From assembly GCA_013265495.1 (NCBI GenBank), contig MU057666.1, positions 159,732 through 223,731 on the forward strand: a stretch of DNA of 64,000 nucleotides. The letters run 5' to 3'. The notes under the pieces were generated by a model. It was given only the letters and a program-made list of their open reading frames with translations, was not told the origin of the DNA and did not search any database. Made by a program: the position numbers and the translations under genes. Origin of the DNA: Vicugna vicugna. Lineage: Eukaryota. Shown in pieces: positions 50,999 to 62,099 of the stretch (positions within the stretch are counted from its first letter, which is position 1; the number at the start of each line of letters is the position of its first letter).

Positions 50999-51941
50999 CT
51001 ATAAGAGAGCCCCAAAATGCATGGACTAAAGCTGTGCCTGGCACTATTGTCTGGTAAATGATGACTGCCCCTGTCTCCCTTTACATCACTGCCTTATTTC
51101 TCTCTGAGAAATTCTCCTGTGCATTAGCTTATTTATTATGCACAAGAACCCTGTGTGACCCAATGGTCATTGTACTGCTTTTGAAATTGAATCCCAGAAT
51201 GAGATGAACTTGTTCACATGCATAAATGAGCTTTTGGACAATCCAAAGGAGCAACACAGTCCATAACTGAGTGATTACAGAAACTACCTCTAGCTTCCAA
51301 AAATGTTTCTGAGACCTTTACATGAATGGCCCCTCTGGCAAACATGAGTTTTAAATCCATTCTCTGTTGGAGCCCCTCAGTTTGCTCCCATTTGGAGGCA
51401 GGTTGTCATGGAAACAGCTCTCCACACCCATTATCATCTCAGAACTGCTCGGTCCCAAAGGGACTTTCCTCAAATATTCTATTTATGCTTTCCCTTTGTC
51501 CTACTCAACTGTTCTGTCCTTCTTTTACCTGACACACTCCACCTCTTTCCAGTATCCCCTTACTAGCTCTCATTTTTGGAAACATCATTATGACAATTTT
51601 TAGTCATTCATAGATGGCAGAGCACCATATAGGCATCTGGATGACAGGGAAACACCATCCTGATTCTATAACTCTATCTATAGATTCTATAACTCTAACT
51701 ATATAATGTTTTTGAGATTAATATCACACAGCAAAACATTTATAAACAAAATGTGAGACAGCCCAATATAGTATCAATACTCAAACAGTGTTTTATTAAT
51801 GTATAATATAACAAGTTTTCAACACTAGATCAACAAAATGACAAGTATGCAAAATATGCTGTCATCTATGCTTGTTTAGATTCTTTTGTTAAACCTACTA
51901 AGAAAGCAAGTATTTCTAAACCCATTTTAATCACAACCTAC

Positions 51942-52078
51942 CTCTTTGACATCCTCTTCTGATATTTTGTAGTGGACAATATATTTACACACTTTTCCAG
52001 GGGCAGGTTCCCATAAAACATTCCTGGTGCTGTGAGACACATCTTGGAGTTTCAGGTCTCAAGCACTGGGCAAAGGCA
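51942..52078 (-). pseudogene. COL12A1: COL12A1 pseudo-exon (FN3, first half)
   Basis: [44 protein letters not shown] versus recalled [45 protein letters not shown]; cttcag / gtaggt borders. Confidence 0.93.
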
Positions 52079-52561
52079 CTGAAGATTCATGACAAATTAG
52101 GTGCAGATGTGGTTCTCAATGACAAAGCTCTAAAGCATCCACATAAGATTTCAAAAAGTTGTTTGGAGAAAATACCAAGGTGTGCAGCAAAATAACAAAC
52201 TGGTTGTGATTATACAAGTACCATGATTCTACCAGGTGCAGCTGGATTCTTCTTAAGAAGGCTTCTTAGAAATAGGATAAATTTAAATTTTTATTACAAC
52301 TCTAACTTCTCTATGTTAAATTTCTCTTACTGTATTTAAATAAGTTCTTACTTTCTGCTCAGCTCTAATAAAGCATAATTCACTATAAGTGTATAGCCCA
52401 TGTTTATCAGATAGTTAAAGCAGTTAAGAGAGAAATCAAAATCAGTGATATGCTCCCTTAAGAATGTGATAGAAAAACAAATGGTTACAAGAGTGAAGAA
52501 TGAAGATGAGCTGGAGTTCAGCACAGATGCCTAAACAGAAGAAAATCCCAATGAAAAATCC

Positions 52562-52690
52562 ACAACTTTATTGTGGTATAATTTCTGTACAGTAAACTAC
52601 ACATATTTTAAATGCATAATTTGATGAATTTTGACAGGTATGTACACCTATGAAGCCACCACCACAATCAAGATACCTAACATTTCATTG
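52562..52690 (-). mobile_element. old L1M 3' end fragment
   Basis: caactttattgtggtataattt...ttgatgaattttgacaggtatgtacacctatgaagccaccaccacaatcaagata. Confidence 0.7.
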
Positions 52691-54020
52691 GGAGTTTGAA
52701 ATTTGAACCTCTTGGAGATTTTCTTTTGCTCTCTGAAACATATCCTACTTTTTCAAGGTGGCTGTTTGACCAATTTTCTTTTTCTCTCATTTCAGCTCTA
52801 TATATCTCTCTTCTTGAATCTCTGTCTACACCTTCATGTTTCTGCACCTCCATCCCTTCCATATTTTCATCTATGTGCCCTCCCATCCTCTGCTGTTGCA
52901 GTCCAGCCCCATATCCCAATCTAGAACCACATTCAACTTTAACCCCATCATGACTCTTGGGACTTTTCTCCCAGCACTCCCAGAAAATGTCTCCATCCCT
53001 GGCTGGCTCCCCACTCTTCCCACCTGCCATTACTCCACTCCCACAAACCATCAGCTCCTGACAGGATCCAACATATATAAGATGATTATTTGCTGTCAGT
53101 GAATGTCTCCTGCCCCACCTTGCAGGTGCCTCTTTTCTGCTTCATCATGCTTCTGTATCATCCCCTATCTTTCTTGAAGTTTCCTTCCAACATCTTAATT
53201 TCCTTTGAAATGTAACTGAGACTCTCAACATTTAAGCCAAGTCAGCCATCCCAGAGTGCCCACCTCAAGAAGCAAGAAACAAAAATAGGCAAGGCAAGGG
53301 TCCTAAATATAATCACTGTCACTTTTCAAGAAAAATAACCTAAATGCTACTAAAACAAACCAGAAACATGAAAAGGGCTGAATAACACACAGACAAGAAG
53401 TGCAAATCATGAAGGAGCCTGCATCTTCTATATTGCTTTGTATTATTCATTCCCAACACCTAAGCACAGGACTTCAGTATCATAGATGATCAATATACTT
53501 TGACATTTAATTAATTGATAATTTACTTAACTGAAAGAGACTATTCATATGGGCCATAGAGTTTCTACTTCAAGAAGAAGAACTTGGAACACCTTGATCT
53601 TAAACTTAATGTCTTCCACCAAAACTACACTCACCCAACATTCCTGCCTCACCAGTGCTACATACATATCTTTCATGTATCTACTACAAAATTGATTATA
53701 AGATACACCATTCTTTTCTATCTTACTCCCTGATCGACACCTCACCAAGAACAATTGTAAGACACTGCTGACTGTAAGATACATCTCAAAATCAAGTGTG
53801 TTTAATATGGAAAGATAAATGCAAATCCTAGAACCAATGAAAGATACTGCCACAAGTCTAGAGATAGTCTTAATTCCCAAACTTGATTGCAGTAATTAAT
53901 AACCCTATAACTTATGCACACATTATCAAATTATTATTAGCATCATTGGGTGAAAGAAAAAGCCTAAAGAACATTATGTTCACAGAAATAAGGGAAGAAG
54001 GAAAGCTAGTGATGTCTTAC

Positions 54021-54152
54021 AGGTGACCTCCATTGTGGTGACAAGGTCACTGGTGAGATCATACAGGATGGCCTGGAAGATGACTATGTACTCTTTGTTG
54101 GGAAATAGTTCACTCAGCTGCACATCATTCACTGTCAGCTATACACACACAT
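54021..54152 (-). pseudogene. COL12A1: COL12A1 pseudo-exon (FN3, second half)
   Basis: frameshifted start, then [39 protein letters not shown] versus recalled [39 protein letters not shown]; ctgcag / gtaag borders. Confidence 0.9.
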
Positions 54153-54242
54153 CTGCAGATGGACATATTGAAAGTAAATAACATATTCAAATTAAATGTT
54201 TCCACTAATTGGAGACAGCCAGTAACACTGATTTGTAGAATT

Positions 54243-54650
54243 TTGTTTTCTTTTCCATTATACTTTATCACAAGATATTGAATATACTTCCCTGTGTATA
54301 CAGTAGGCCTTTGTTGTTTATCTCTTTTATATATAGTAGTGTGCATCTGCTAATCACAAACTCATTTATTGCTCCCCTCTTTCCCATTTGGTAACCATAA
54401 GTTTGTTTTCTATATCTGTGAGTCTATTTCTGTTTTGTAAATAAGTTCGTTTGTATCATTTTTAGATTCCACATGTAAGAGATATCATATGATATGTATC
54501 TTTCTCTGTCGGACATACTTCACTTAGTGGGATAATCTCTAAGTCCATCCATGTGGCTGCAAATGTCATTATTTCATTATTTTTATGGCTGAGTAATATT
54601 CCATTGTGTGTATATATACCACATCTTCTTTATCCATTTATCTGTCCATA
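54243..54650 (-). mobile_element. LINE-1 3' end (older artiodactyl-type)
   Basis: acaagatattgaatatacttccctgtg...tggtaaccataagtttgttttcta...ttagattccacatgtaag...tttttatggctgagtaatattccattg. Confidence 0.85.
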
Positions 54651-54874
54651 AACATGTACATAACACAACATTTATTTTTTACTTCTCTGAACTGCCTTTC
54701 CTCTTTTGTGCTAATATTTGCTAAGATGTGTCACAGACCATAAATCTAACCTGCTGTTTTTCTATTTTGCATGTAAAGTTATAAATGAGTTTGTAAGTAA
54801 CTGCTATTTCATGGAGACTCTAAAACAGTGAAGTCTCAGGAAGACTCAATGATAAAGAAATAAACATTTCCCAC

Positions 54875-55010
54875 CTCTTTGGGTTTGGTCGGTTCTGTGG
54901 CATTGATGAGTTCATATAACAAGGTGTAGCCCCTCCCACTGGCTGCCACTGGACCTGCCTGGTGGTAGAGCCAATGTCATAAAGGTTGAGGCTGACTACA
55001 GGGACTGGCA
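54875..55010 (-). pseudogene. COL12A1: COL12A1 pseudo-exon (FN3, first half)
   Basis: [27 protein letters not shown](fs)...[14 protein letters not shown] versus recalled [47 protein letters not shown]; cctacag / gtggga borders. Confidence 0.95.
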
Positions 55011-56463
55011 CTGTAGGAATGCAAAAGCAGATATCAGTCTACTTCCTTTTACTCTGCTCACTTTTAAATTGTTTTTTTCTCACTTAATTATTGATATTTA
55101 TATGCACAAAATAGAGAAGGGATTGCTGTGAGTAATCAGTGGGAGTTAATATAATCCTTTACTTTCTGCTAACAAAACCCCAAGCTCATTGTTTATCTCC
55201 ACCTCATACTCAGGGACAGCATGTTATAACTATTTCATAGAGAAAAGAAGTTTAAATTTAAAATGGCATTCCAGTGAGTCCATATGGCAGACAGAGACCA
55301 ACCTCCTGAGATATCAATCCCTTTTTCTGGAAAATCTTTAAGTTGATGATTTTTGTTTTTCAATCATAGGATTTCATACATTAAAAAAAAACAATACAAT
55401 ATTTCATTTCATCTTTCTTTTTAAAACATTTTAAATGAGAGCACCTTATACTAATAAGTGAAACTTAGGGGATGATGGGCTTTTTGAAGATCAGCCCATG
55501 AGGCAGAGTAAAGTGTTTACAGTCTCCTTTCCACATAACACCCACACATCTTTCTACTTTTTGTCCAAAGTTTAAGTTTAAAGTTTTAAGGAATTATCAG
55601 ATTAATCTTGTCCATTATGATATACATTATTTTCCACCTCTGATGGTCTAATATGAAAGGAAATAAGAGATAAGGACCTAAGAGACTGGGCAGTGAGTAG
55701 GGTCAGTTCTTGCCTTGGAGAGAGTTACATCCACTCCTTCTTACAAGTGGCCTCCCTCCTTCCTGGAGACCAAACAAGGAGATGGGAGAAGAAAAGGGTA
55801 TTTTCATATGGCTTCAGAAACCCTACTGGGAAGAGAAGTGAGAAACACCTTGCCCCAAAGCTCTACTCAAAGCCAAATCCATCAGATCTTCTTTAGCAAA
55901 GGCCCAAGTCCAAAACACAGGGGATAAAGAGGGAAATCTCACTGCCAGCCTGAAGATCTGGCCATGTGCAGCACTGAACCTGGTTACTCCTGCACAGCTG
56001 CTCTTCCAGACAGTCCTAGACCCACTCCCCACATGGTATCTTCCGTTAAGAAGTAGAGAACTACTTGTAAATAGATCATGGTGAGAGTAAAATTTATATA
56101 TTTAGATGTCTGAGCAAATGAGATTTTGGGTGTTAACAGCTCTGATTTCATTAATAAACTATAAGTAATTCTAAAAATGTTAAGGAAAAAGTGAATAACT
56201 GAGAAAGGTACTGTTCCCTGTGAGATATCTGTGGCCATGACTACCCATTCCACCAGTGGGGACCTGTGACGGCAAGACCAGACAGTAAAAGCAGAAACCA
56301 CACAGTATTTATTGAGCACAAACACCACACTCAGTAAATGTGTGTTGGATGGATATTGAATAAAAGAATGCTTCAGAATTCTGACAAAAATCCCACATGG
56401 GCTTCCACTTCTTTATCTTAAAAAATAAATCAAGGAGAAGATCTTTTTAAATATCAGACTAAC

Positions 56464-56594
56464 AGGTTTCTTCTATGCCCTTCAGAGGCTCACTGTATTC
56501 ATTTTTCTACCACTGAAGACACACTAAAAACATAATCAGTTTTTGGCTTCAGATCTTTCATGACTGTATCACTTTCCAACTGGTTCTCATAAAA
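56464..56594 (-). pseudogene. COL12A1: COL12A1 pseudo-exon (FN3, second half)
   Basis: FYENQLESDTVMKDLKPKTDYVFSVSSVVE(fs)[13 protein letters not shown] versus recalled [43 protein letters not shown]; ccccctag / gttagt borders. Confidence 0.92.
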
Positions 56595-57147
56595 CTAGGG
56601 GGAAAGTTAAAAAAATAAAAACAACTTAGGTTATAATCACTTCTCTTTTCTACTATAATCACATTGAAGCTGCTAACTGCAATGAGCTTAGAAATTAGAT
56701 TTTAATGAGGCCCTTGTCTTTTCTTTTTGGTAACCACCAGATTACAATGAGATCTTGGACAATTCACACAATTTATTCTCCCAGCTGTTGCTTCTTTATT
56801 TGTGAAATGCATGGGTAAAACTAGATCATCTTCAATGTTCCCTTCCTCTTCTATGATTCTTGTATAAACTCATGAATAAATTACGCATCCTTCAATAAAA
56901 TTTTAATTAAAAATTGTATTGCTATTCTGCAATTCTTAGAAACCATAAGAATTTAAGCCAAGCTCTTTGCCTCTAATTAAGCCCAATTAGAAGTGCCTGC
57001 CTAGCAAGAAATGCAAAGCACCCTGGACTCAGTTTGTCCCCCTCCCCATTCCTCTTGCTCCTCATCCAGCACTGTTCTCAGGGTCCTAACAAGGAGGACC
57101 TGATCTCTGGATCAGGAAGAAGGGGACTGTAGGTGGTGCCTACTCAC

Positions 57148-57287
57148 TTCTTGCCATTTCCCTCCAGAAACTGAGTAGGATTCCACCTCATATCTATGCA
57201 CACTAGCAGAAGTAGGTGTCTAGCTCACTCTCAAAGTATGATGGGTTCACTAAGAAATGACTAAGTTAGAAGGTGCTTCCAAGCCAC
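57148..57287 (-). pseudogene. COL12A1: COL12A1 pseudo-exon (FN3, first half)
   Basis: [44 protein letters not shown] versus recalled [47 protein letters not shown]; three stops. Confidence 0.94.
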
Positions 57288-57361
57288 CTACTCATGGAAA
57301 TAAAGTGCAAACATTGTTTTCAGTTTTAAGCAAGGTGTTGACACTTAAATTAGGTTGAAGT

Positions 57362-57524
57362 GGGGGGAGAGTATAGCTCAGTGGTAGATCTCATGCTTAA
57401 TATGCACAAAGTCCTGGGTTCTAGCCCCAGTATCTCCATTAAAATAAATAAACAAACCTAATTACCTCCTCCACCAAAAAGTCCCAAAATAATGAACAAT
57501 TTTTAAAAAATCATACTTCAAAAA
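57362..57524 (+). mobile_element. tRNA-derived SINE (vic-1-like)
   Basis: ggggagagtatagctcagtggtaga...gtcctgggttctagccccag...aaacctaattacctcc; flanking repeat aaattaggttgaagt / aaattaagttaaaat. Confidence 0.88.
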
Positions 57525-59391
57525 AAATTAAGTTAAAATATTTTCCTCTCCATATTTCAAGTTTTTACACACATTCTTTCACATGCTAATTAGTCACAGT
57601 AAATCAGTTTAGAGGCCCAATGCCCAGAAGTCCTCTCTGAAAGGGTGTTCAAAGGGTTCCTCAGCCTCAGAAGACTCAACCCTGAGCTCACTCTCTCTCA
57701 CTAAAACTTACTCCCCCTTTTCCGGATGGCACCACAAGTTCACCAGTCACCTAGAGCTCAAAACCTCTGGATCATCCTTTAATACTTTCTCCTCTATCTA
57801 ACCTGGTACATGTATCAATAAATGACAACTGGAGTCCTGACAATTACACTGCCTCTATCACTACTGGCATCACCCAAGTTCACTACCCTCATTATCATTT
57901 TGAGGGCATTTTGAATATTATTTATATCCATGTCTTATCTCCTTAACTATAACTTATGCTCTATGAGGACAGAACTATTTCTTATTCATATCTAGTTCTC
58001 TGACAAGATCTAATTCCGTGATAAAGGAAGCTAACCATTTTCTCATTCAAGACAGAGGAAGAATAACCACATTTCCTAAAACTTGGGAAGATTCTATTGC
58101 CTTTGATTATTTTCTCTGTGGAAACCATTATAGGTAAAATGACTAATACAGAAAAATATTTGTAATAAATATTAATGAAAAATGGAAATATTCATTTAAA
58201 TATGACCATTAGAAAGATGTTCCAAATAATAATTATAGGAGAATTAATCCAATGACTCCATAAGCATGGACTTTCATTCTCATATAAGCCCATTCTATTT
58301 TCTTTGTAAGCCAAAACTGGGGAAAAGCATTTCCATTCTTAGTATCCTAACCTTAATTGCACAAAATTATCAAGCAATTTTACTGTGTGGGAAACTAAAT
58401 GAATGGCACTATTATGCAGTAGATAATAAAAAAAAAAGGAAAATAGATAAAAGATATTTTCTTTGACACTCCAAGTTGTCTCTAACTAAATAAAACTATA
58501 GTTCTCTTAGCTAATCTAGGGCCAGAAACCTACAGTATCTGGCTTCTTGGCTGATATGTTTTTCCAGGGAAAATGTCAGTCTGTTGTTCAAAGTCCAAAA
58601 AGAAAATCTGCAAAATTTTGGAGACAGAATTACAAGAAACATTCAAATTAATCTATCCTCAGTACCCAAAGCATGTGACCCTTTTTTCCCACTTTGTTAA
58701 ATGCATTCCAACTTTCCAAAACCAGAATAAATTAGTGAAAGACAGCCTTTACTATAATCTACATATATTTAAAAGAAATTATAATCATATAACATGAGCC
58801 ATGATTTTTATCATTAATTTTCCAAAAACCTTCAATTTGGTACTTACCATGTTTTGTCTAATGATTTACACAGAAAATAATCATTTCACACTACCCTTTG
58901 TTACTACAAATTCATTTCTATAATTTTATTTCTAAATCTTAATTCCTTATCAATAGCTACCTTTTTTTTAAAAGGAATTCTATAAACATCTTTAACAATT
59001 TGACCCTGAGTAAGTAATTTAACTTCCTGAAATCTGTTTCTTCACTGATAAAGAGAGATGACATCCTTTATAAAAGTCCAAGCTCTAAAATTATAATTTG
59101 TATTTATATTTAGAGGTTATAAGTGCAAAGTTTCAAATATGGTCATCAGTAGTTGGGGCAAAACAAATCATATGTAAAATCCCACTTCCATTCCTAATCA
59201 GAAACAAAAGGTTGCAAGTTTTAGAAAACAATATCTGTGAAAAACCAATACTAGCTTAAGAGTTACATAGAGTGAAGATGCTTTACCAGAAAGTAGATAC
59301 ATACCAGCAAAGAAATTACCCTCAAATAAGCTAGAAGTCATTTATAGTTTGATGCCAACAGGAAAAGAAAAAAAAAAGGCAGGGACTAAAC

Positions 59392-59611
59392 CAATGATTC
59401 TCAACTGGGGCCAGTATTCTCCCCAGAAGACATTGGCAAATTCTGAAGATATTTTTAGTCATCACTACTCAGGTAATGTTACTGGTATCCAGTGGGCAGA
59501 CTCCAGGGAAACTGCTAAACATCTCACAATGCACGAAAGAATCCACTCCTTCCATCCAAAAAAGAATTATCTGGACCAAAACACCAATAGTGCTGAGGAT
59601 GAGAAACCCTG
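59392..59611. mobile_element. MER20 hAT/Charlie MITE
   Basis: caatgattctcaactgggg...actggtatccagtgggcaga...ctgctaaacatctcacaatgcac...aatagtgctgaggatgagaaaccctg. Confidence 0.85.
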
Positions 59612-59623
59612 GGCTAATCTGAC

Positions 59624-59770
59624 CTGGTCCTTTGACACTGTCACACAAGTTGATGATGAGGTCATCCATGATCCTGGAGAGGGACTCAAAATCTGCCATG
59701 TTGTATGTGTGGGTATCATTGAGATCTGCTGCAATCATCTTTAACTCAGCTTCATCAGCATTTTTAACAC
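59624..59770 (-). pseudogene. COL12A1: COL12A1 pseudo-exon (end of VWA domain)
   Basis: [49 protein letters not shown] versus recalled [49 protein letters not shown]; 147 bp, open frame. Confidence 0.95.
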
Positions 59771-60351
59771 CTTGTAAAAAATAGATGCATACAAATTAAA
59801 AAAAAGTCTAAGAAAAAAATCAATGGAATAAAGCCAACATTTCATGGGCTATACCTATATATTTGATGTTAACAAGAATGTTTATATGATTTTCCTCAAT
59901 AATCAAATGATTACATACCTCTAGCTATAAAATAAAAACAAAAATTAATATTAACCAAAGACAAGTTTGTTTATATTCTCCTAAGTGCTTCCAGCACCAA
60001 TTACCCACCAAAAAATGTCTCTCCAGTGTTTTTTCTGGAAAGTAAAAAAACAGATATCAAAAATAAACATGGTGCTGTGGAAACATGAACAGAAATTTTC
60101 CTGAGTCCTATTAATAGTACATTTGTTCTCTTGATTCATTATTGTCTTCCAATAAGCCACAGAGTTTTGGCCCATTACAAGGAGAAAAGAAGAAAGTGCA
60201 TTAACTTCCTGGCACAGCATTTTGATAAATTATGTCATAGGGAAAATGCATTTGCTTGTTCGCCCATGCTTCAGAAAATATTTTTAACTACACAATGATC
60301 CTCAGCACATGTGCAAGCCCTGAGGGCACAGCTAGTCTTTTCAGTGCTTAC

Positions 60352-60516
60352 CAATAGCAAACATCTGCACACATTCATCCTTCAGTTTCTTTGATGATGT
60401 CTCAACATCACCTTGGGATTTTCCATCAGTGATGAGAACACCAATTTCTCGATCTCGAGCCCTCATGCCAGCTTGGGTCTTGAAGCTCTGTTGGTGAATG
60501 AAGTTCAAAATCATAC
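60352..60516 (-). pseudogene. COL12A1: COL12A1 pseudo-exon (VWA domain)
   Basis: [55 protein letters not shown] versus recalled [55 protein letters not shown]; 165 bp, open frame. Confidence 0.95.
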
Positions 60517-60615
60517 CTCATTGAATTTTTAAAAGATAATCCATCACATGGTTATCTAGCCACAAGCTTTGACTGCAAGCAAGAGCTCCAAGTGCACCAG
60601 ATCACTTTGACTCAC

Positions 60616-60735
60616 CTGTGAGGGTATTGCCTCCTTTGCAAGGTAAGTTTGCTACAGCTTGCAAAAAGCTCTTCTTGTCTCTGTGAGCATTTAACAGCCA
60701 CTGTGTTCTGAGGCCCCCACTATACTTAGCAAGGG
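60616..60735 (-). pseudogene. COL12A1: COL12A1 pseudo-exon (VWA domain); acceptor AG mutated to AA
   Basis: [39 protein letters not shown] versus recalled [39 protein letters not shown]; donor gtgagt. Confidence 0.95.
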
Positions 60736-60816
60736 TTAAAGTGACACCATTGGTGTTAGCGTATATCAAAGAGCATAATGGAAATATCTAAATGTCTTCA
60801 ATATTGTCAGACCTAC

Positions 60817-60964
60817 CAACCTGCACTATTTTGGGGCCAAACTCAAAGACTTCCACAATGCCAGAAATAAAACTTTTCACAATTCTAAAGTTTGCTCAGC
60901 CAAAAGTCCATGATCTGTCCACCAGCAACACGATGTCTGCTTCAGCCCTTCAAACACTCCACCC
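60817..60964 (-). pseudogene. COL12A1: COL12A1 pseudo-exon (start of VWA domain)
   Basis: GVECL(fs)[43 protein letters not shown] versus recalled [50 protein letters not shown]. Confidence 0.95.
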
Positions 60965-61409
60965 CTGATGTGGTAGTTGTAAGACAGCACAGAATCAGGA
61001 GCAAGTCCTTTGTAGGGTGACTTCCTAGCCAAACCTCTGCCACCCTCACACACTCGGTGTCAACTGTCTCAGCTCTGTGGCTTAGCTAGGTGATTTGGGT
61101 TAAAAACTTCAAAAATATGTCCCTATGACTTATTAACCTCGAATTAGAGTCCCAAGAATCATCAACTCCTGCAATAATTATTTCAATGGAAAAGCTTTCC
61201 TTCTTTTTTGACTGTATTTCTCAGCCACAACTGTAGAACATGGAGATTTAAACTGTCATTGTAAATTTGAATGACCTCACAAGCCAAAAAGCTGATATAT
61301 GTAAATGGAAAAGTACAGCTATCTAACCATAAAGCAATAACAGTTTTAATTAAACTTTTAATAGGACCTAAATATTAGATGTTGCTTATTTCTCAATATT
61401 TTTAAAACA

Positions 61410-61564
61410 TACTTCCTTTCCTTTTTATGTTGCTGTTTATTTTTTATATTTATTTTGGGGGGAAGTAATTAGATTGATTGATTGATTGATTGATTTTTAA
61501 TGGAGGTACTGGGGGTTGAACCAGGACCTTGGGAATGCTATGTCTGTGATCAGCTATAACCCCC
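61410..61564 (-). mobile_element. tRNA-derived SINE (vic-1-like) with an internal (GATT)n expansion
   Basis: ggggggaagtaattagattgattgattg...aatggaggtactgggggttgaaccaggaccttg; flanking repeat tttctcaatatt / tttctcaacatt. Confidence 0.8.
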
Positions 61565-62099
61565 TTGAATTTTTCTCAACATTCAATGATCATTAGCAGA
61601 CAAGTATGAGATAAACTGTCAAAATGCATAAGCTGCAAAACGTTTGAATGAGCCAAAAATATCCTTTAAATTAATGAAAGTTCCCAGTTAAGTATTACAT
61701 CATATGAAGGATTAGGCACATATATCTTAAAATTAGACATTTTGAATTCAAAATATATTGTTTAAAAACCTTTTAGCTATTATATTATTCAGTTATTCAT
61801 TACTCAAATTAATCATCTGCTGTGTATAACAATCAGGTAAATACATATGGTAAAGTCTGCATACTTAAAAAATCAAGACAGAAAGGAGACAATCTAGAAA
61901 AAAGGATGTAAACAAGTATACAAATTGAGAGCTACAGCGACAACAAACACAAACTCTCATACAAAGCTTCAGTGTTTTGGAAAGAGAATTATCCCAATAT
62001 CCTCAGTGCACAAGCTACAAAATATAAATATCAGTTAATATGATAGAAGAAACAATAGAACATTCATGCAAAGCTGCAAGAGTTGACTCTTTTTTATGT

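Larger units (their letters stand above)
47812..60964 (-). pseudogene. COL12A1: unprocessed partial COL12A1 pseudogene: 12 exons covering the third VWA domain and following FN3 repeats
   Basis: twelve collinear minus-strand exons, mostly with ag/gt borders, match recalled COL12A1 peptides from [17 protein letters not shown] to GDPIDEY; numerous stops, frameshifts and a broken acceptor. Confidence 0.95.

Noticed and set aside
47812..60964. Functional COL12A1 or a new VWA/FN3 matrix gene
   Set aside because: Many independent stops, frameshifts, a broken acceptor and a multi-exon deletion; too many substitutions to be sequencing error.
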